NCBI GenBank assembly: GCA_963741955.1
Contig: CAVUKB010000005.1
Span: forward strand, 320,001 to 384,000
Origin: an uncultured Acidobacteriota bacterium
GTDB taxonomy: Bacteria; Acidobacteriota; Thermoanaerobaculia; Gp7-AA8
Length of the DNA stretch: 64,000 nucleotides
Direction of reading: 5' to 3'
Positions 1 to 9,709 of this stretch are shown piece by piece. Numbering within the stretch: the stretch's first letter is position 1; each line of letters opens with the position of its first letter. Position numbers and translations under genes: made by a program. The notes beneath the pieces were generated by a model that saw only the letters and a list, made by a program, of their open reading frames with translations, was not told the origin of the DNA and ran no database searches.

Positions 1-381
1 ACGATCAGGAGCGAAGTCGCACGCGACAGCATGATCGAGGCGGACGAACCACTCGTCCGTCGCATGCTGATGAACATCCTGCAGAACGCGGTGAAGTACA
101 GCCGTGCGGGAGGAGCGGTCCACGTCGCGCTCGAGCCGACCGACTCGGTCTATGTGGTCGACGTCACCGACTCGGGGGCGGGGATCGCGAAAGAAGAGCG
201 CGAACGGATTTTCGAGCGGTTCTATCGAGGGACCCGCTCCGGCGGCGAGAGCGGATCAGGCCTCGGACTCTCCATCGCTCGTTATGTGGCAGAACTGCAT
301 GCCGGATCCCTCTCGGTCGAGCGCTCCGGACCCGACGGATCGACTTTTCGCCTCACTTTGCCTCGGTCATTCTCGCGGTGA
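1..381 (+). CDS. Sensor histidine kinase, C-terminal HATPase fragment (5' truncated by window edge)
   Basis: N box (NILQNAVKY), G1 (VTDSGAGI), F box (IFERFYR), G2 (GSGLGLSI). Confidence 0.9.
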   Translation, partial: TIRSEVARDSMIEADEPLVRRMLMNILQNAVKYSRAGGAVHVALEPTDSVYVVDVTDSGAGIAKEERERIFERFYRGTRSGGESGSGLGLSIARYVAELHAGSLSVERSGPDGSTFRLTLPRSFSR

Positions 382-417
382 CCGCTCGAGCTCTCACCCA
401 CTCTCTAACGCCTCTCC

Positions 418-479
418 AGGAAGTTCGGGGTCAGAGCCCCATTCTGAAAGGAAATTCGGGGTCAGAGCCCCTCTCTGAA
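418..479 (+). repeat. Two 31-bp tandem units carrying GGGGTCAGAGC (left arm of orphan array 1)
   Basis: aggaagttcggggtcagagccccattctgaa / aggaaattcggggtcagagcccctctctgaa. Confidence 0.85.
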
Positions 480-709
480 ACTGAGCCGAAAAGCATATTG
501 TGCTGCGCAATCAACCTCTTGTAGAACGATATTCTGCGCCATGGCCAGTTTGCCGACGTTTATTCTGGAAGCGAGCCATCGCGGTGGGCGCCGCACTCCG
601 ACTCGCTACGGCTCCAAGCCGACCGCCGGAGAGCCGGCCGGTCCCTGGGAGTCTGCGCGGTAGGAGCCGTCCTGCTGCGGAGCGCGATCCGCCCTTTCTC
701 CAGACAGTG

Positions 710-909
710 GCTCTGACCCCCATTCCCCTCTGCTGACCCCCATTCCCTCTGTACTGTTCCCCGAAGAGTCGCTCTGACCCCCGACCCCTGCCCCGACCCC
801 TGCCCCGACCCCTGACCCTCTGACCCCGCTTCCGCCGCGAAGAACCAAAGGTGTCGCGCTCTGACCCCCATTCGTGCTGTGACCCCATTCGTGCTGACCC
901 CATTCGTGC
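710..909 (-). repeat. Irregular array of (GCTC)TGACCCC copies (right arm of orphan array 1)
   Basis: gctctgacccc at 710, 771, 858; ctgacccccattccc x2; tgacccc(c)attcgtgc x3; cgacccctgccc stutter at 781-827. Confidence 0.85.
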
Positions 910-1022
910 GATCTCGAGGCCGGCGAGTTTGCGCCAGAGGCGCGACCACCTCGAGAGCCACCCCTGGAGGCAACCACTGGAGCCATGACTCCGAGGGTGA
1001 ATCGCAAGAGGATGCCTCCCTG

Positions 1023-1886
1023 TCAGAACGAGCGGTGGAACCCGATCGTCGCCCTCCATCCCCGGAGTCCGTTCTTGACCGCGAAATCGCGGGTGAGCGA
1101 CAACGTCAGCGAATCGCGCAGAGATCCCCGCGGCGCGGCGCTCAACATCACTCCTCCGATGGCGCCGTGCGCGTTCCGGTTCGCGAAGAAGTTTCCTTCC
1201 TGACGCGCCGCCGTCCCGCCGTGGACCCCCGCGACGGCGGAGAGAAACAGCGAGCTCCCGCGCCACGTCGCAATCCGAGGACCGCTCGCCGCGAGCAGAT
1301 CGACCGCGACGTAACGGGGAGCCGTCTCGTGCCGAAAACCGTACTGGAGCCTTCCCATCGCCGCAACACGGAGGTCCGCGGCCGTCATCGGCCGCGTGGA
1401 CCGCAGATCAAGCGATCCGGTCACTGTCCTGATGTCGTCGTTGATGGTGATCGGCTGATCTCCCCCGGTACCCGGTCGGAAGTAATCCAGCCGGAACGAC
1501 GGCGAAAAGCGCCGGAATGTTCGACGCGGATTCCAGTCGAAAAAGACTCCGACACCGGGCACACCCGAGGCCACGTACGAGGCTGTCAGCTCACTCGATT
1601 CGAGGTACGACCGGCGGTATGGCACCGTCACGCCGACCGAAAGATTCTCGAAGAGCCGCCGGGAGAGGCGCATCTCGGCCCGGTCGAAACTGAGGTCGCC
1701 CGGGAACCGGATCGCGTCGTGATTGCGGTCGACGAAGGTGTCCGGACGATAGTTCGAGATCACCGCATCGAAACGCCACGGACCGGCCGGCGACTCGACT
1801 CCGTAACCCCGGAACAGTCCCACCTCCTGCGCGGACATCGAGCCCGCGATCAGAAACACGAACGAGGCGATGAGAATCCGCTTCAT
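1023..1886 (-). CDS. Exported protein, probable outer-membrane beta-barrel
   Basis: Signal peptide MKRILIASFVFLIAGSMSA; amphipathic beta pattern; C-terminal Phe; ATGA overlap with upstream gene. Confidence 0.6.
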   Translation of the reverse strand: MKRILIASFVFLIAGSMSAQEVGLFRGYGVESPAGPWRFDAVISNYRPDTFVDRNHDAIRFPGDLSFDRAEMRLSRRLFENLSVGVTVPYRRSYLESSELTASYVASGVPGVGVFFDWNPRRTFRRFSPSFRLDYFRPGTGGDQPITINDDIRTVTGSLDLRSTRPMTAADLRVAAMGRLQYGFRHETAPRYVAVDLLAASGPRIATWRGSSLFLSAVAGVHGGTAARQEGNFFANRNAHGAIGGVMLSAAPRGSLRDSLTLSLTRDFAVKNGLRGWRATIGFHRSF

Positions 1887-3040
1887 CCGTGCCTCCTCAC
1901 TCGCCGGCTCCTCGTGCCCGCCTTCGGGGGCGGCCCACTTCCGAGAACCACAGAATCGAAAACGCGGCCATCGGGATCGTGCGCTTCCAGTGTCAGCATC
2001 GTTCGGTCGATCCTCGCCGTCACGTAACAGAACCGCGCATCGACGAACGCGGAGTCATCCTCTGGCTGGAATCGACTCAGCTTCGCGCCTCCCCCTCCGA
2101 CGGTCACGTAGATCACGCCCTTCCCCTTCTTCACGAAGTCGTGGATCGCCGAGGTCCGTTCATAGAGATGCTCGTGACCGGAAAAGACCACGTCCACTCC
2201 GTAGTATTCGAAGATCGGACAGAGAACCAGCCGCACCAGATTGTTCGCCTGGGCCGAGCTGTAAGGCGGCTCGTGCAGCCAGACGAACTTCCAGGTCGCA
2301 TCAGAGGTTCTCAGAACCGAATCGAGCCAGCGGTACTGCGCCGAGCCGTAACCGTAGGACGAGGTCTCGACGTCGAGGCAGATAAAGAGCGCATTCCCCT
2401 GCCGGAGTGCGTAATAGCGAGAATTGCCGGAGTCGTTCTTCGGCAGGACGAAGTCGTCGAGCAGAGCCGCTCCCTTCGCCGTCTTAGCGTCGTGGTTCCC
2501 GATCGCGGGCAGAACCGGCACTCCTTCGATCAACGACTCGAACGGACGAAAGAACTTCGCGTCGTAGTCCGCCTCCGCTCCCGCCGGGTAGACCACGTCG
2601 CCGGTGTGGAGAACGAAGTCGACGTTCTCAGTGGCCATCGCCTTCGCCAGCGTTCCCGCCGCGTCGCCGTCGGTATCTCCGATCACCCCGAACGAGAACG
2701 TGGTTTCGTCGCCGGACCTCGGCGCGACGAACGTCCCCTGCGCCAGCACCGCGCCTCCGTCGCCGACCGTGTATCCGTAGCGCGCGCCGCTCTCGAGATG
2801 ATCGAGGGCGATGCGGTGCTCGGTCGCGGACGACACATCGTCCACCGTCGTCCACGTTTCACCGGCGATTCCGTAGCTCAGAACGCCGTTCGTCGCCACA
2901 TCCGTGCGCCAGACGACGGCGACGCTCCGGTCATCAGGCCGCCCAAGGTATGGTCCTCGGGTGAGGCTGGTCGCGGACGCCACCGGGGCGATCATCAGGA
3001 TCGCGCTCCAGGCGAGAATCGAGGTCAGTGCTCTTCTCAT
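1883..3040 (-). CDS. Exported metallophosphoesterase (purple-acid-phosphatase-like, FN3 plus calcineurin-like domain)
   Basis: Signal peptide; motifs IGD, HTGDVVY, GNHD, HEPPY, SGHEHLYER. Confidence 0.9.
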   Translation of the reverse strand: MRRALTSILAWSAILMIAPVASATSLTRGPYLGRPDDRSVAVVWRTDVATNGVLSYGIAGETWTTVDDVSSATEHRIALDHLESGARYGYTVGDGGAVLAQGTFVAPRSGDETTFSFGVIGDTDGDAAGTLAKAMATENVDFVLHTGDVVYPAGAEADYDAKFFRPFESLIEGVPVLPAIGNHDAKTAKGAALLDDFVLPKNDSGNSRYYALRQGNALFICLDVETSSYGYGSAQYRWLDSVLRTSDATWKFVWLHEPPYSSAQANNLVRLVLCPIFEYYGVDVVFSGHEHLYERTSAIHDFVKKGKGVIYVTVGGGGAKLSRFQPEDDSAFVDARFCYVTARIDRTMLTLEAHDPDGRVFDSVVLGSGPPPKAGTRSRRVRRHG

Positions 3041-6000
3041 TACGTCTCCTCACTCTCCTCCAGTCTCTCCGACCGACCGCGCCGCGGCGCTCGGCCGAGT
3101 TGCCCTCGGGGATCCATCCAGGCATACAGCGCGGGGAGCAGAAAAAGAACGATCGGTCCCGAAAGAATGAACCCGCCGATCACCGCGATCGCCAGCGGCT
3201 GCTGGAGCTGTGATCCCGACCCGAGCCCGAGAGCGAGCGGCGCCAGAGCGAACGACGTCGCGAGAATCGTCATCGCCACCGGCCTCTCGCGCACCCGGGA
3301 GGCGTGGCGCCATGCCCCGCGCACACCTTCACCTCTCTCCAGCATCAGCCTCGCCTCGTGGATCACGAAGACGGAGTTCTCGCCGACGATCCCGACCATC
3401 ATGATCATCCCCACGAAGCTCGAGACGTTCAGGGTCACCCCGGTCACCCAGAGCGCGGCGAAGACGCCGAACAGCGAACTGAGGGCGAGGATCGCTGTCA
3501 GCACGGGGGCCCGCCAGTCTCCGAACTCGAAGAGAAGAACCACGCCGACGAGGAGCAGCCCCGCGAAGAGGATCAGGATGAACTGACGGAACGAGCTCTG
3601 TTGCTGCTCGTACAGGCCGCCGTACTGAATCGACATCGCAGACGGGAGATGGAGGTCCGTATCGAGCTTCGAACGGATCGAATCCATCGCCGCGCCGAGA
3701 CTGATCCCGCTCAGTCGCGCCGTGACACCGAGATAGGTCCGAAGATTCTGCCGGTCGATCTCCGCTTCCGGCTCTCCGCTCGAGATCGTCGCCACCGATC
3801 CGAGCGGCACGATCGGACCCGCAGGCGTGCGGATCTGGACCTCGGAGAGCGGTCTGGTCGTCGGATTCAGGACGCGCAGATCGTACACTCGTTCTCCCAC
3901 CCTCACCTGCGAGGCGACCGTCCCGTGGATCACCGAATCGACCGCGTTCTGCAGGGCTTCCGTCGTCAGCCCGAGGCGCGCCGGATTGACCCGCATCGGC
4001 GCGGGAGGTACTCCACCCGCACTGATCCCTCCCACTGAACCACCACCTCCTCCCGGTGAGCGCAAGCGCATGGTGAGAAGCGGCCCGGAGATCACGATAC
4101 CGTCGAAGACGTCCTCCACCCCGTCGACCTTCGAGATCAGCTCCGCCGTCTGCTTCGCTTTCTGCTGAAGAAGATCCTGATCCTCCCCGAAGATCCGGAT
4201 GTCGATCGGTTGCGGTTCACCTCCGGTGAGATCGCCGATGTTGTCTTCCAACAGCTGACCGAAATCGGTGTGAAGAGCAGGCTCGGCGACGCCGATCCGG
4301 CTGCGGAGGTCGTCGATCACGTCATCGACTCCGCGTCGGGTTCCCATCGGTTTCAGCTTGATCACGTAGTCGCCGCTGTTGGGTTCGGTAATGAAGAACC
4401 CGAGCTGGGTTCCGGTCCGGCGGGAGTAGTTCTGCACGTCAGGGAGCGACATGATGATCTGCTCGACATGCATCAGCATTCCGTTCGTCTCTTCGAGTGA
4501 AGTGCCCGGCGGAGTCCAGTAATCGAGGATGATCGAGCCTTCGTCCATGGAAGGGAGAAAGTCCGAATCGAGCGAACCGTAGAAATAGTACGCGGTGCCA
4601 ATGAACGCCATGACGACGAGCAATGCGATCCAGGCGAATCGGAGGAAGAAGTGAGTGGCTGCTCCCACCCCTCGGGAGATGACCTCTCCCACCCTTCCGG
4701 TCAGCCGCCTCAGCGGGCCGAACCACCTTTCGAACCTCCGCTCTCTCCGCTCTCTGAAACAAACGATCCCCGGGATCGCGAACGCCGCGATGAGGAACGA
4801 GATCACCAGAGCGACGGCCATGGTGAGCGCGAGCGGCTTGAAGAAGGCACCGGCGACGCCGGTCATCAGCGAGAACGGGAGGAAGATCAGAATGGTCGAC
4901 AGACTCGAACCGATCAGGGCCGGCCGCATCTCCCGCACTCCTTCTTCCTGTGGATGATCCGAACCTTCGTCGTGTTTACGAGCGATGTTCTCCACCACCA
5001 CGATCGCATCGTCGGCAATGAGCCCGATCGCCGCAGCGATCCCTCCCAGCGTCATCAGATTGATCGTCTGGCCGAACACGACCCATCCGAGAGCCACGAT
5101 GGCAACGGTGAGCGGAATGGCGAGGACTCCAATCAGAGTGAGCCGCCAGTTGCGGAGGAAGACGAAGAGGACCAGTGCGGCGAGACCGACACCGATCAGA
5201 ATCGCGTCTCTGACCCCGCTCACCGAGTCGGAGACGAAGCGGGCCTGGTCGTAGAAGGTGGTCCACTTCACGCCGGGAGGGAGAAGATGCGGCTTGTCTT
5301 TGAAAAGCTGCGAGACTCGGTCCGCGATGGCCAGAGTGCTGGCCGACGGCTGGCGGATCAGATTCACGAGAACCGCCGGCTTCCCGTCCGCGGTGGTGCG
5401 GATGTACGAGACCGCATCGGCCGACCGCACATTGGCAATGTCCCCGACCCGAGTTGGAGGCGCATTGTCTCCGACCGGCACGGGGATCTCCTCGATCTCC
5501 CGTAGCGTATGGACGCTCCCATCCGCCAGGGTCAGATATAGCTCGTGATTTGCCTCGAGGAGCCCTGCCGATTCGACCATGTTGTTGTTTCGGACTGCGT
5601 CGACGACGTCGGAGGCGGTCAGCCCGCGTCCAGTGAGCTCCTCGTCATTCAGAACGATCTGGAACTCGCGCTCACGACCTCCCTGAATCTGCACCTGCGA
5701 GACTCCGTTGATCCGGATCAACTCGGGCTTGAGCGTGTATTCGGCGAGTTGGCGGAGGTCGGCCTGACTGTGGCTATCGGATGTGAGGGCGTACCCGAGA
5801 ATCGGGAAGATCGCGGTGTTCATCCGTTCGATGTCGACGTGAGCATCAGACGGAAGATCGGGGCGGATACGCTGCACTTCGGCTTCGACCCGCTGCATCG
5901 CGAGCTGGATGTCGGTTCCCCACGAGAACTGGCCGGACAACTCGGTCGAACCGCGGGAGGTGGTCGAGACGACTTTCTGAATTCCGGGCACTCGGAGAAT

Positions 6001-6195
6001 CGCCTCTTCGAGAGGCCGGGTCACAGTGGGGATCATCGTCGCCGCCGGCTGTTCGCCGACATCCGCGATCACCTTCACCAGGGGAAAGGTCACATCGGGA
6101 AAGATCGAAGAAGGGAGTCGCGTCCCGAGCAGCGCACCCGCCGCTGCGGCCAGGACCAGCAGAACGATGATCGCCGTCGTGCGATTCGTCGTCAT
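3040..6195 (-). CDS. RND efflux permease (AcrB/CusA/CzcA family)
   Basis: 1051 aa, two TM blocks, GLIADDAIVVVEN, RERPVAMT, QQPLAIAVIGG. Confidence 0.95.
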   Translation of the reverse strand: MTTNRTTAIIVLLVLAAAAGALLGTRLPSSIFPDVTFPLVKVIADVGEQPAATMIPTVTRPLEEAILRVPGIQKVVSTTSRGSTELSGQFSWGTDIQLAMQRVEAEVQRIRPDLPSDAHVDIERMNTAIFPILGYALTSDSHSQADLRQLAEYTLKPELIRINGVSQVQIQGGREREFQIVLNDEELTGRGLTASDVVDAVRNNNMVESAGLLEANHELYLTLADGSVHTLREIEEIPVPVGDNAPPTRVGDIANVRSADAVSYIRTTADGKPAVLVNLIRQPSASTLAIADRVSQLFKDKPHLLPPGVKWTTFYDQARFVSDSVSGVRDAILIGVGLAALVLFVFLRNWRLTLIGVLAIPLTVAIVALGWVVFGQTINLMTLGGIAAAIGLIADDAIVVVENIARKHDEGSDHPQEEGVREMRPALIGSSLSTILIFLPFSLMTGVAGAFFKPLALTMAVALVISFLIAAFAIPGIVCFRERRERRFERWFGPLRRLTGRVGEVISRGVGAATHFFLRFAWIALLVVMAFIGTAYYFYGSLDSDFLPSMDEGSIILDYWTPPGTSLEETNGMLMHVEQIIMSLPDVQNYSRRTGTQLGFFITEPNSGDYVIKLKPMGTRRGVDDVIDDLRSRIGVAEPALHTDFGQLLEDNIGDLTGGEPQPIDIRIFGEDQDLLQQKAKQTAELISKVDGVEDVFDGIVISGPLLTMRLRSPGGGGGSVGGISAGGVPPAPMRVNPARLGLTTEALQNAVDSVIHGTVASQVRVGERVYDLRVLNPTTRPLSEVQIRTPAGPIVPLGSVATISSGEPEAEIDRQNLRTYLGVTARLSGISLGAAMDSIRSKLDTDLHLPSAMSIQYGGLYEQQQSSFRQFILILFAGLLLVGVVLLFEFGDWRAPVLTAILALSSLFGVFAALWVTGVTLNVSSFVGMIMMVGIVGENSVFVIHEARLMLERGEGVRGAWRHASRVRERPVAMTILATSFALAPLALGLGSGSQLQQPLAIAVIGGFILSGPIVLFLLPALYAWMDPRGQLGRAPRRGRSERLEESEET

Positions 6196-6376
6196 GCGCT
6201 ATCCACCGCCTCACCCACTCTCTCCGGTTGTCGATCCTTCCGGACGCCACTCGTGTCGTGCGGCGGCACCGATTCCAACCGCGGGATCGACGACCCCTGA
6301 GTCGGATCGGAACCGAGCGCACCAACGGATGAACGCCATCGTCGAGGGATCATCCCGGTCCTGATGCCGCTCCTTC

Positions 6377-7354
6377 TCAATGCACCACCTCGACCGGCGT
6401 CCCCTCCGTGAGGCCGACCTGTCCGGAGGTGATCACCTCCGTCCCTGCGGCGAGAGGGGGGCTGACGATCTCCACCAAGCCCTGGTACGAGAGTCCGGTC
6501 CGGACGTCCTTCCACTGCAGCTTCGCGTCCGCGGTCACCACTGCCACCCGCGTAGTCCCGTTCACGTCGTTTCGGAGAATCGCCTCCTCCGGAACGACCG
6601 GAACGTTCCGATGCTCCGCGACGACGACGTCTGCAGTTCCGACGAGACCGATGGTCACTCCGCGGGTTCCCTCGAGGAAACGGATCCGCACCGGGGTGGT
6701 GAGATTCGACGAGTTTCCAGGGAGAAAGCTTTCCACTTTTCCGGCGATTCCTCCGCCGGTTCCGCTCAGCTCGACCGAAGCCATGTCCCCCGGGTGGATC
6801 TTCGCGGCCTGCGACTGACTCACGTCGGCAACGAACGCGAGGCTGTCGATCGCAGCGATGGTGAGCAATTGCTCGTCTTCACTCACCCGGTCGCCGCTCA
6901 CCGCCGAGTGGGACGTGACAATTCCGGAGACGGACGCGCGAAGGTCGTTCTCGATCACGTTGTTTCTCGCCAGCGCGACGGCTCGATCGGCTTCCCGGCG
7001 TTGCGCCGGAGTATTCGCGCGCCGGAGCATCTCTTCAGCGCCGTTCAGTTCGGCCATGCTGTCACGGGCGACGACCCGTGCGACGACCTGACCCCGTCGA
7101 ACCCGGTCGCCGTCTGTGACGAGGATGGCAGTCGCGGTTCCGGAAAACGGTGAGCGGATTCTCTCCTCGCGCGTGGCCGACGTCGAGCCCGGAGCAGTGA
7201 CGATGTCCGGGAGGTTGCGGATCTCCACACGTGCGACCCGGACCGGCGTCGCAGTCGGCGCCGGAGGTTCCGACGCGGCGGGGGACGATCCCCCTCCACC
7301 ACTACACGCGGCGATCAGCAGCGCTGCGATCGGGAGCGTTGTCTTCATATTCAT
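6377..7354 (-). CDS. RND periplasmic adaptor (MFP), lipoprotein
   Basis: Lipobox LIAAC; lipoyl-like halves (VTDGDRVRRGQVV); ATGA overlap with TolC stop. Confidence 0.9.
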   Translation of the reverse strand: MNMKTTLPIAALLIAACSGGGGSSPAASEPPAPTATPVRVARVEIRNLPDIVTAPGSTSATREERIRSPFSGTATAILVTDGDRVRRGQVVARVVARDSMAELNGAEEMLRRANTPAQRREADRAVALARNNVIENDLRASVSGIVTSHSAVSGDRVSEDEQLLTIAAIDSLAFVADVSQSQAAKIHPGDMASVELSGTGGGIAGKVESFLPGNSSNLTTPVRIRFLEGTRGVTIGLVGTADVVVAEHRNVPVVPEEAILRNDVNGTTRVAVVTADAKLQWKDVRTGLSYQGLVEIVSPPLAAGTEVITSGQVGLTEGTPVEVVH

Positions 7355-8886
7355 TTCGAGCTCGTCCACCTCATCAGAAGCGCTTCGGCTTCCCGGTACC
7401 GCCGCTCGGCGTTCGCCAGCCCGAGCTCCGAATCGATCCAGGATGCGTAGGCGTCGCTGACGTCCACGAAGGGCACCGCGCCGCCGAGGTACCGGCTCTT
7501 CGACTCGATCCACGCATCTCGCGCGGAAGCCGTCGTCGAGCGCAGCAGCTCGACCTCTCGATAGGCGTCCCGAAGCGCCGTCAGTGCCTGACTCTGCTGG
7601 AGGATGGCGTTCCTCTGTGCGACCGTCAGACTCTCTCTCGCCTGCTCCACTCCGAGCCGTGCCTGCGCGAGCCGAGCTGCATACGTCTTATCGCGAAGCG
7701 GAAGAGAGAAATCGACCGTCAAGGAGTAGCCGAGGTCACGCTGCAGACGGTCGACAGGTGTCGCGCGTGAACCGAGGTCCGGCGGAACGAGGTGCGCGGT
7801 GTCGGATCCCCACAGCCCGGCGTCCGCAGTCAGGTCGAGCCGGAAGCCGTGCTCGGCTCGCGTCTGGAGGAGCGCCGCTTCGGCCGATTGGATCTGGGCG
7901 AGCGCACTCGCCGTCTCCGGAAGCGTCATCGCGGGCGAGCTCGGAGATCCCGACTCTCCACTCCCCTGTCGCGCCTCTTCGTGCGCCATCGCCGAAGGCG
8001 AAGGAGGAGCGAGCGGCGCGCTCCCTCCAGACTCTGCCGGAGGTGCAAGGGCAAACGCGACACCTCCTCGGTGCGGAAGAGTGGAAGGATTCCCGGGAGC
8101 ATTCGTTGAATCGGATTGAGGAGAAGCTCCGGCGGGCATAGTGCCCGGCGAGACGAGTGGTGGGAGCGGCGCGAGATCGAGCGGCGCGTCGGGTGTACGT
8201 CCCATAAGGTCGTTCAGAATCTGAATCGCCTGACGCTTTCTCGCTTCGGCCTGGAGAATCGACGCTTCTTCCCCCGCAATTCGCAGATCGAGGCGGAGGA
8301 TCTCGGGACCGACCGGCATTCCCCCGCGGTGGAGGCTCTGGAGCAGAAGCCGGTAGTCGTGAAGCTGTTCCACCCCGGTTCGGCGCGTCTCGATCTCACG
8401 TTGCGCGTCGCGGGCGTCGATGTAGCTGTTGCGCACTTCGAGATCGAGATCGCACTCGGCGATCCGGTAGGCTGCTCGTGCGCCCTCGAGAGCGGCATTC
8501 GCGGCCGCGATCTCTGCCCGGCGTGCTCCGGCGTCGAGGATCGGCCTCGTCGCGATGACCTGAGCGCGCTCTTCGCCGAGGTTGGTGATTGCAGGATCGT
8601 ACCCGGAAGGAGGCGCTACGATGAGGTCCCCGCTGAACAACACCCTCAGCTCATTCACCGCGAGAGCTTCCCGCCGCTTCTGTCGCGCAATCGCGACGTC
8701 GTACCCGGGGAGACGGAGCGCGGCGTTGGCCTCGCGGGCGCTGCGGAGAACCTCGTCGAGTGTCATCGGTGCGGGGCTCACTTGCGCGGCGAGGGCGCCG
8801 GCGAAGATACTGAAGGCGACGAACGCGAATACGGTCGCCGCGAGACGGAAGGGAACACGGCGAGCCGTGTATGAACGAGATGGCAT
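7351..8886 (-). CDS. TolC-family outer-membrane efflux protein
   Basis: Signal peptide, MTLDEVLRSAREAN, two OEP helical repeats; start codon approximate. Confidence 0.88.
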   Translation of the reverse strand: MPSRSYTARRVPFRLAATVFAFVAFSIFAGALAAQVSPAPMTLDEVLRSAREANAALRLPGYDVAIARQKRREALAVNELRVLFSGDLIVAPPSGYDPAITNLGEERAQVIATRPILDAGARRAEIAAANAALEGARAAYRIAECDLDLEVRNSYIDARDAQREIETRRTGVEQLHDYRLLLQSLHRGGMPVGPEILRLDLRIAGEEASILQAEARKRQAIQILNDLMGRTPDAPLDLAPLPPLVSPGTMPAGASPQSDSTNAPGNPSTLPHRGGVAFALAPPAESGGSAPLAPPSPSAMAHEEARQGSGESGSPSSPAMTLPETASALAQIQSAEAALLQTRAEHGFRLDLTADAGLWGSDTAHLVPPDLGSRATPVDRLQRDLGYSLTVDFSLPLRDKTYAARLAQARLGVEQARESLTVAQRNAILQQSQALTALRDAYREVELLRSTTASARDAWIESKSRYLGGAVPFVDVSDAYASWIDSELGLANAERRYREAEALLMRWTSSK

Positions 8887-9001
8887 GCAGTGCGCAGACC
8901 CGCTCTGAACGGCGCCGTCACGATCGACCACGCTGCGGGTACGGGGTCGAGTGTCCGATACCCAAGCTGAACACACGATAAATGACCGTGGAGCGGGATC
9001 G

Positions 9002-9709
9002 ATGCGATTGCTGTTGGTCGAGGATGACGAACGAATTCGTCATTTCCTGAGAAAAGGTCTCGTGGAAGAGTCGTGGGCGGTGGACTTCGCCACTTCGGGA
9101 GAAGAAGCGCTCTACTACGCCAGCGTGAACGCGTACGATGTGATCATCCTCGACATCATGATCCCCGAGCCCGACGGACTCGAAGTCTGCAGGCGCCTTC
9201 GTGCCGACGGCTGCCCGGCTCCGGTGCTGATGCTGACTGCGCGGGACGGCGTGGGCGACAAGGTGGAGGGCTTCAACGCGGGGGCGGACGACTACCTGAC
9301 CAAACCGTTCGCCTTCGCCGAGCTGACGGCACGTCTCCGTGCACTGGTGCGGAGAAAATTCGAACAGCGGCCGGCGGTGCTCAGCGTCGCGGATCTGAGG
9401 ATCGATACCCGTTCGCGATCGGTATGGCGTGGCGAACGAGCGGTTCTACTGACGGCGAAAGAGTACGGGCTGCTCGAGTATCTCGCGGTGAACGCAGGGA
9501 AAGTCGTGACCCGCGGCGAGATCTACGAGCATGTGTGGGACGAGACGCTCGACCCGATGTCGAACGTGATCGAAGTGATGATCAACAGGATCCGACGGAA
9601 GATCGACTCCTCTGAACCGGTCAAGCTCCTTCACACCCGTCGCGGGGCCGGATACGTCCTCGCGCGGGAATCGAAAATCCCAGGGGGGCCGGAGCCGGCG
9701 GCACGATGA
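9002..9709 (+). CDS. OmpR-family response regulator (CusR/CzcR-like)
   Basis: LLVEDD, ILDIMIP, GADDYLTKPF, winged-helix end LLHTRRGAGY. Confidence 0.95.
   Translation: MRLLLVEDDERIRHFLRKGLVEESWAVDFATSGEEALYYASVNAYDVIILDIMIPEPDGLEVCRRLRADGCPAPVLMLTARDGVGDKVEGFNAGADDYLTKPFAFAELTARLRALVRRKFEQRPAVLSVADLRIDTRSRSVWRGERAVLLTAKEYGLLEYLAVNAGKVVTRGEIYEHVWDETLDPMSNVIEVMINRIRRKIDSSEPVKLLHTRRGAGYVLARESKIPGGPEPAAR

Noticed and set aside
1889-5505. Long antisense ORFs (e.g. 1889-3586; also 42650-43861, 52138-53697, 57024-58568)
   Set aside because: Shadow frames of well-supported genes in high-GC DNA, with no motifs.
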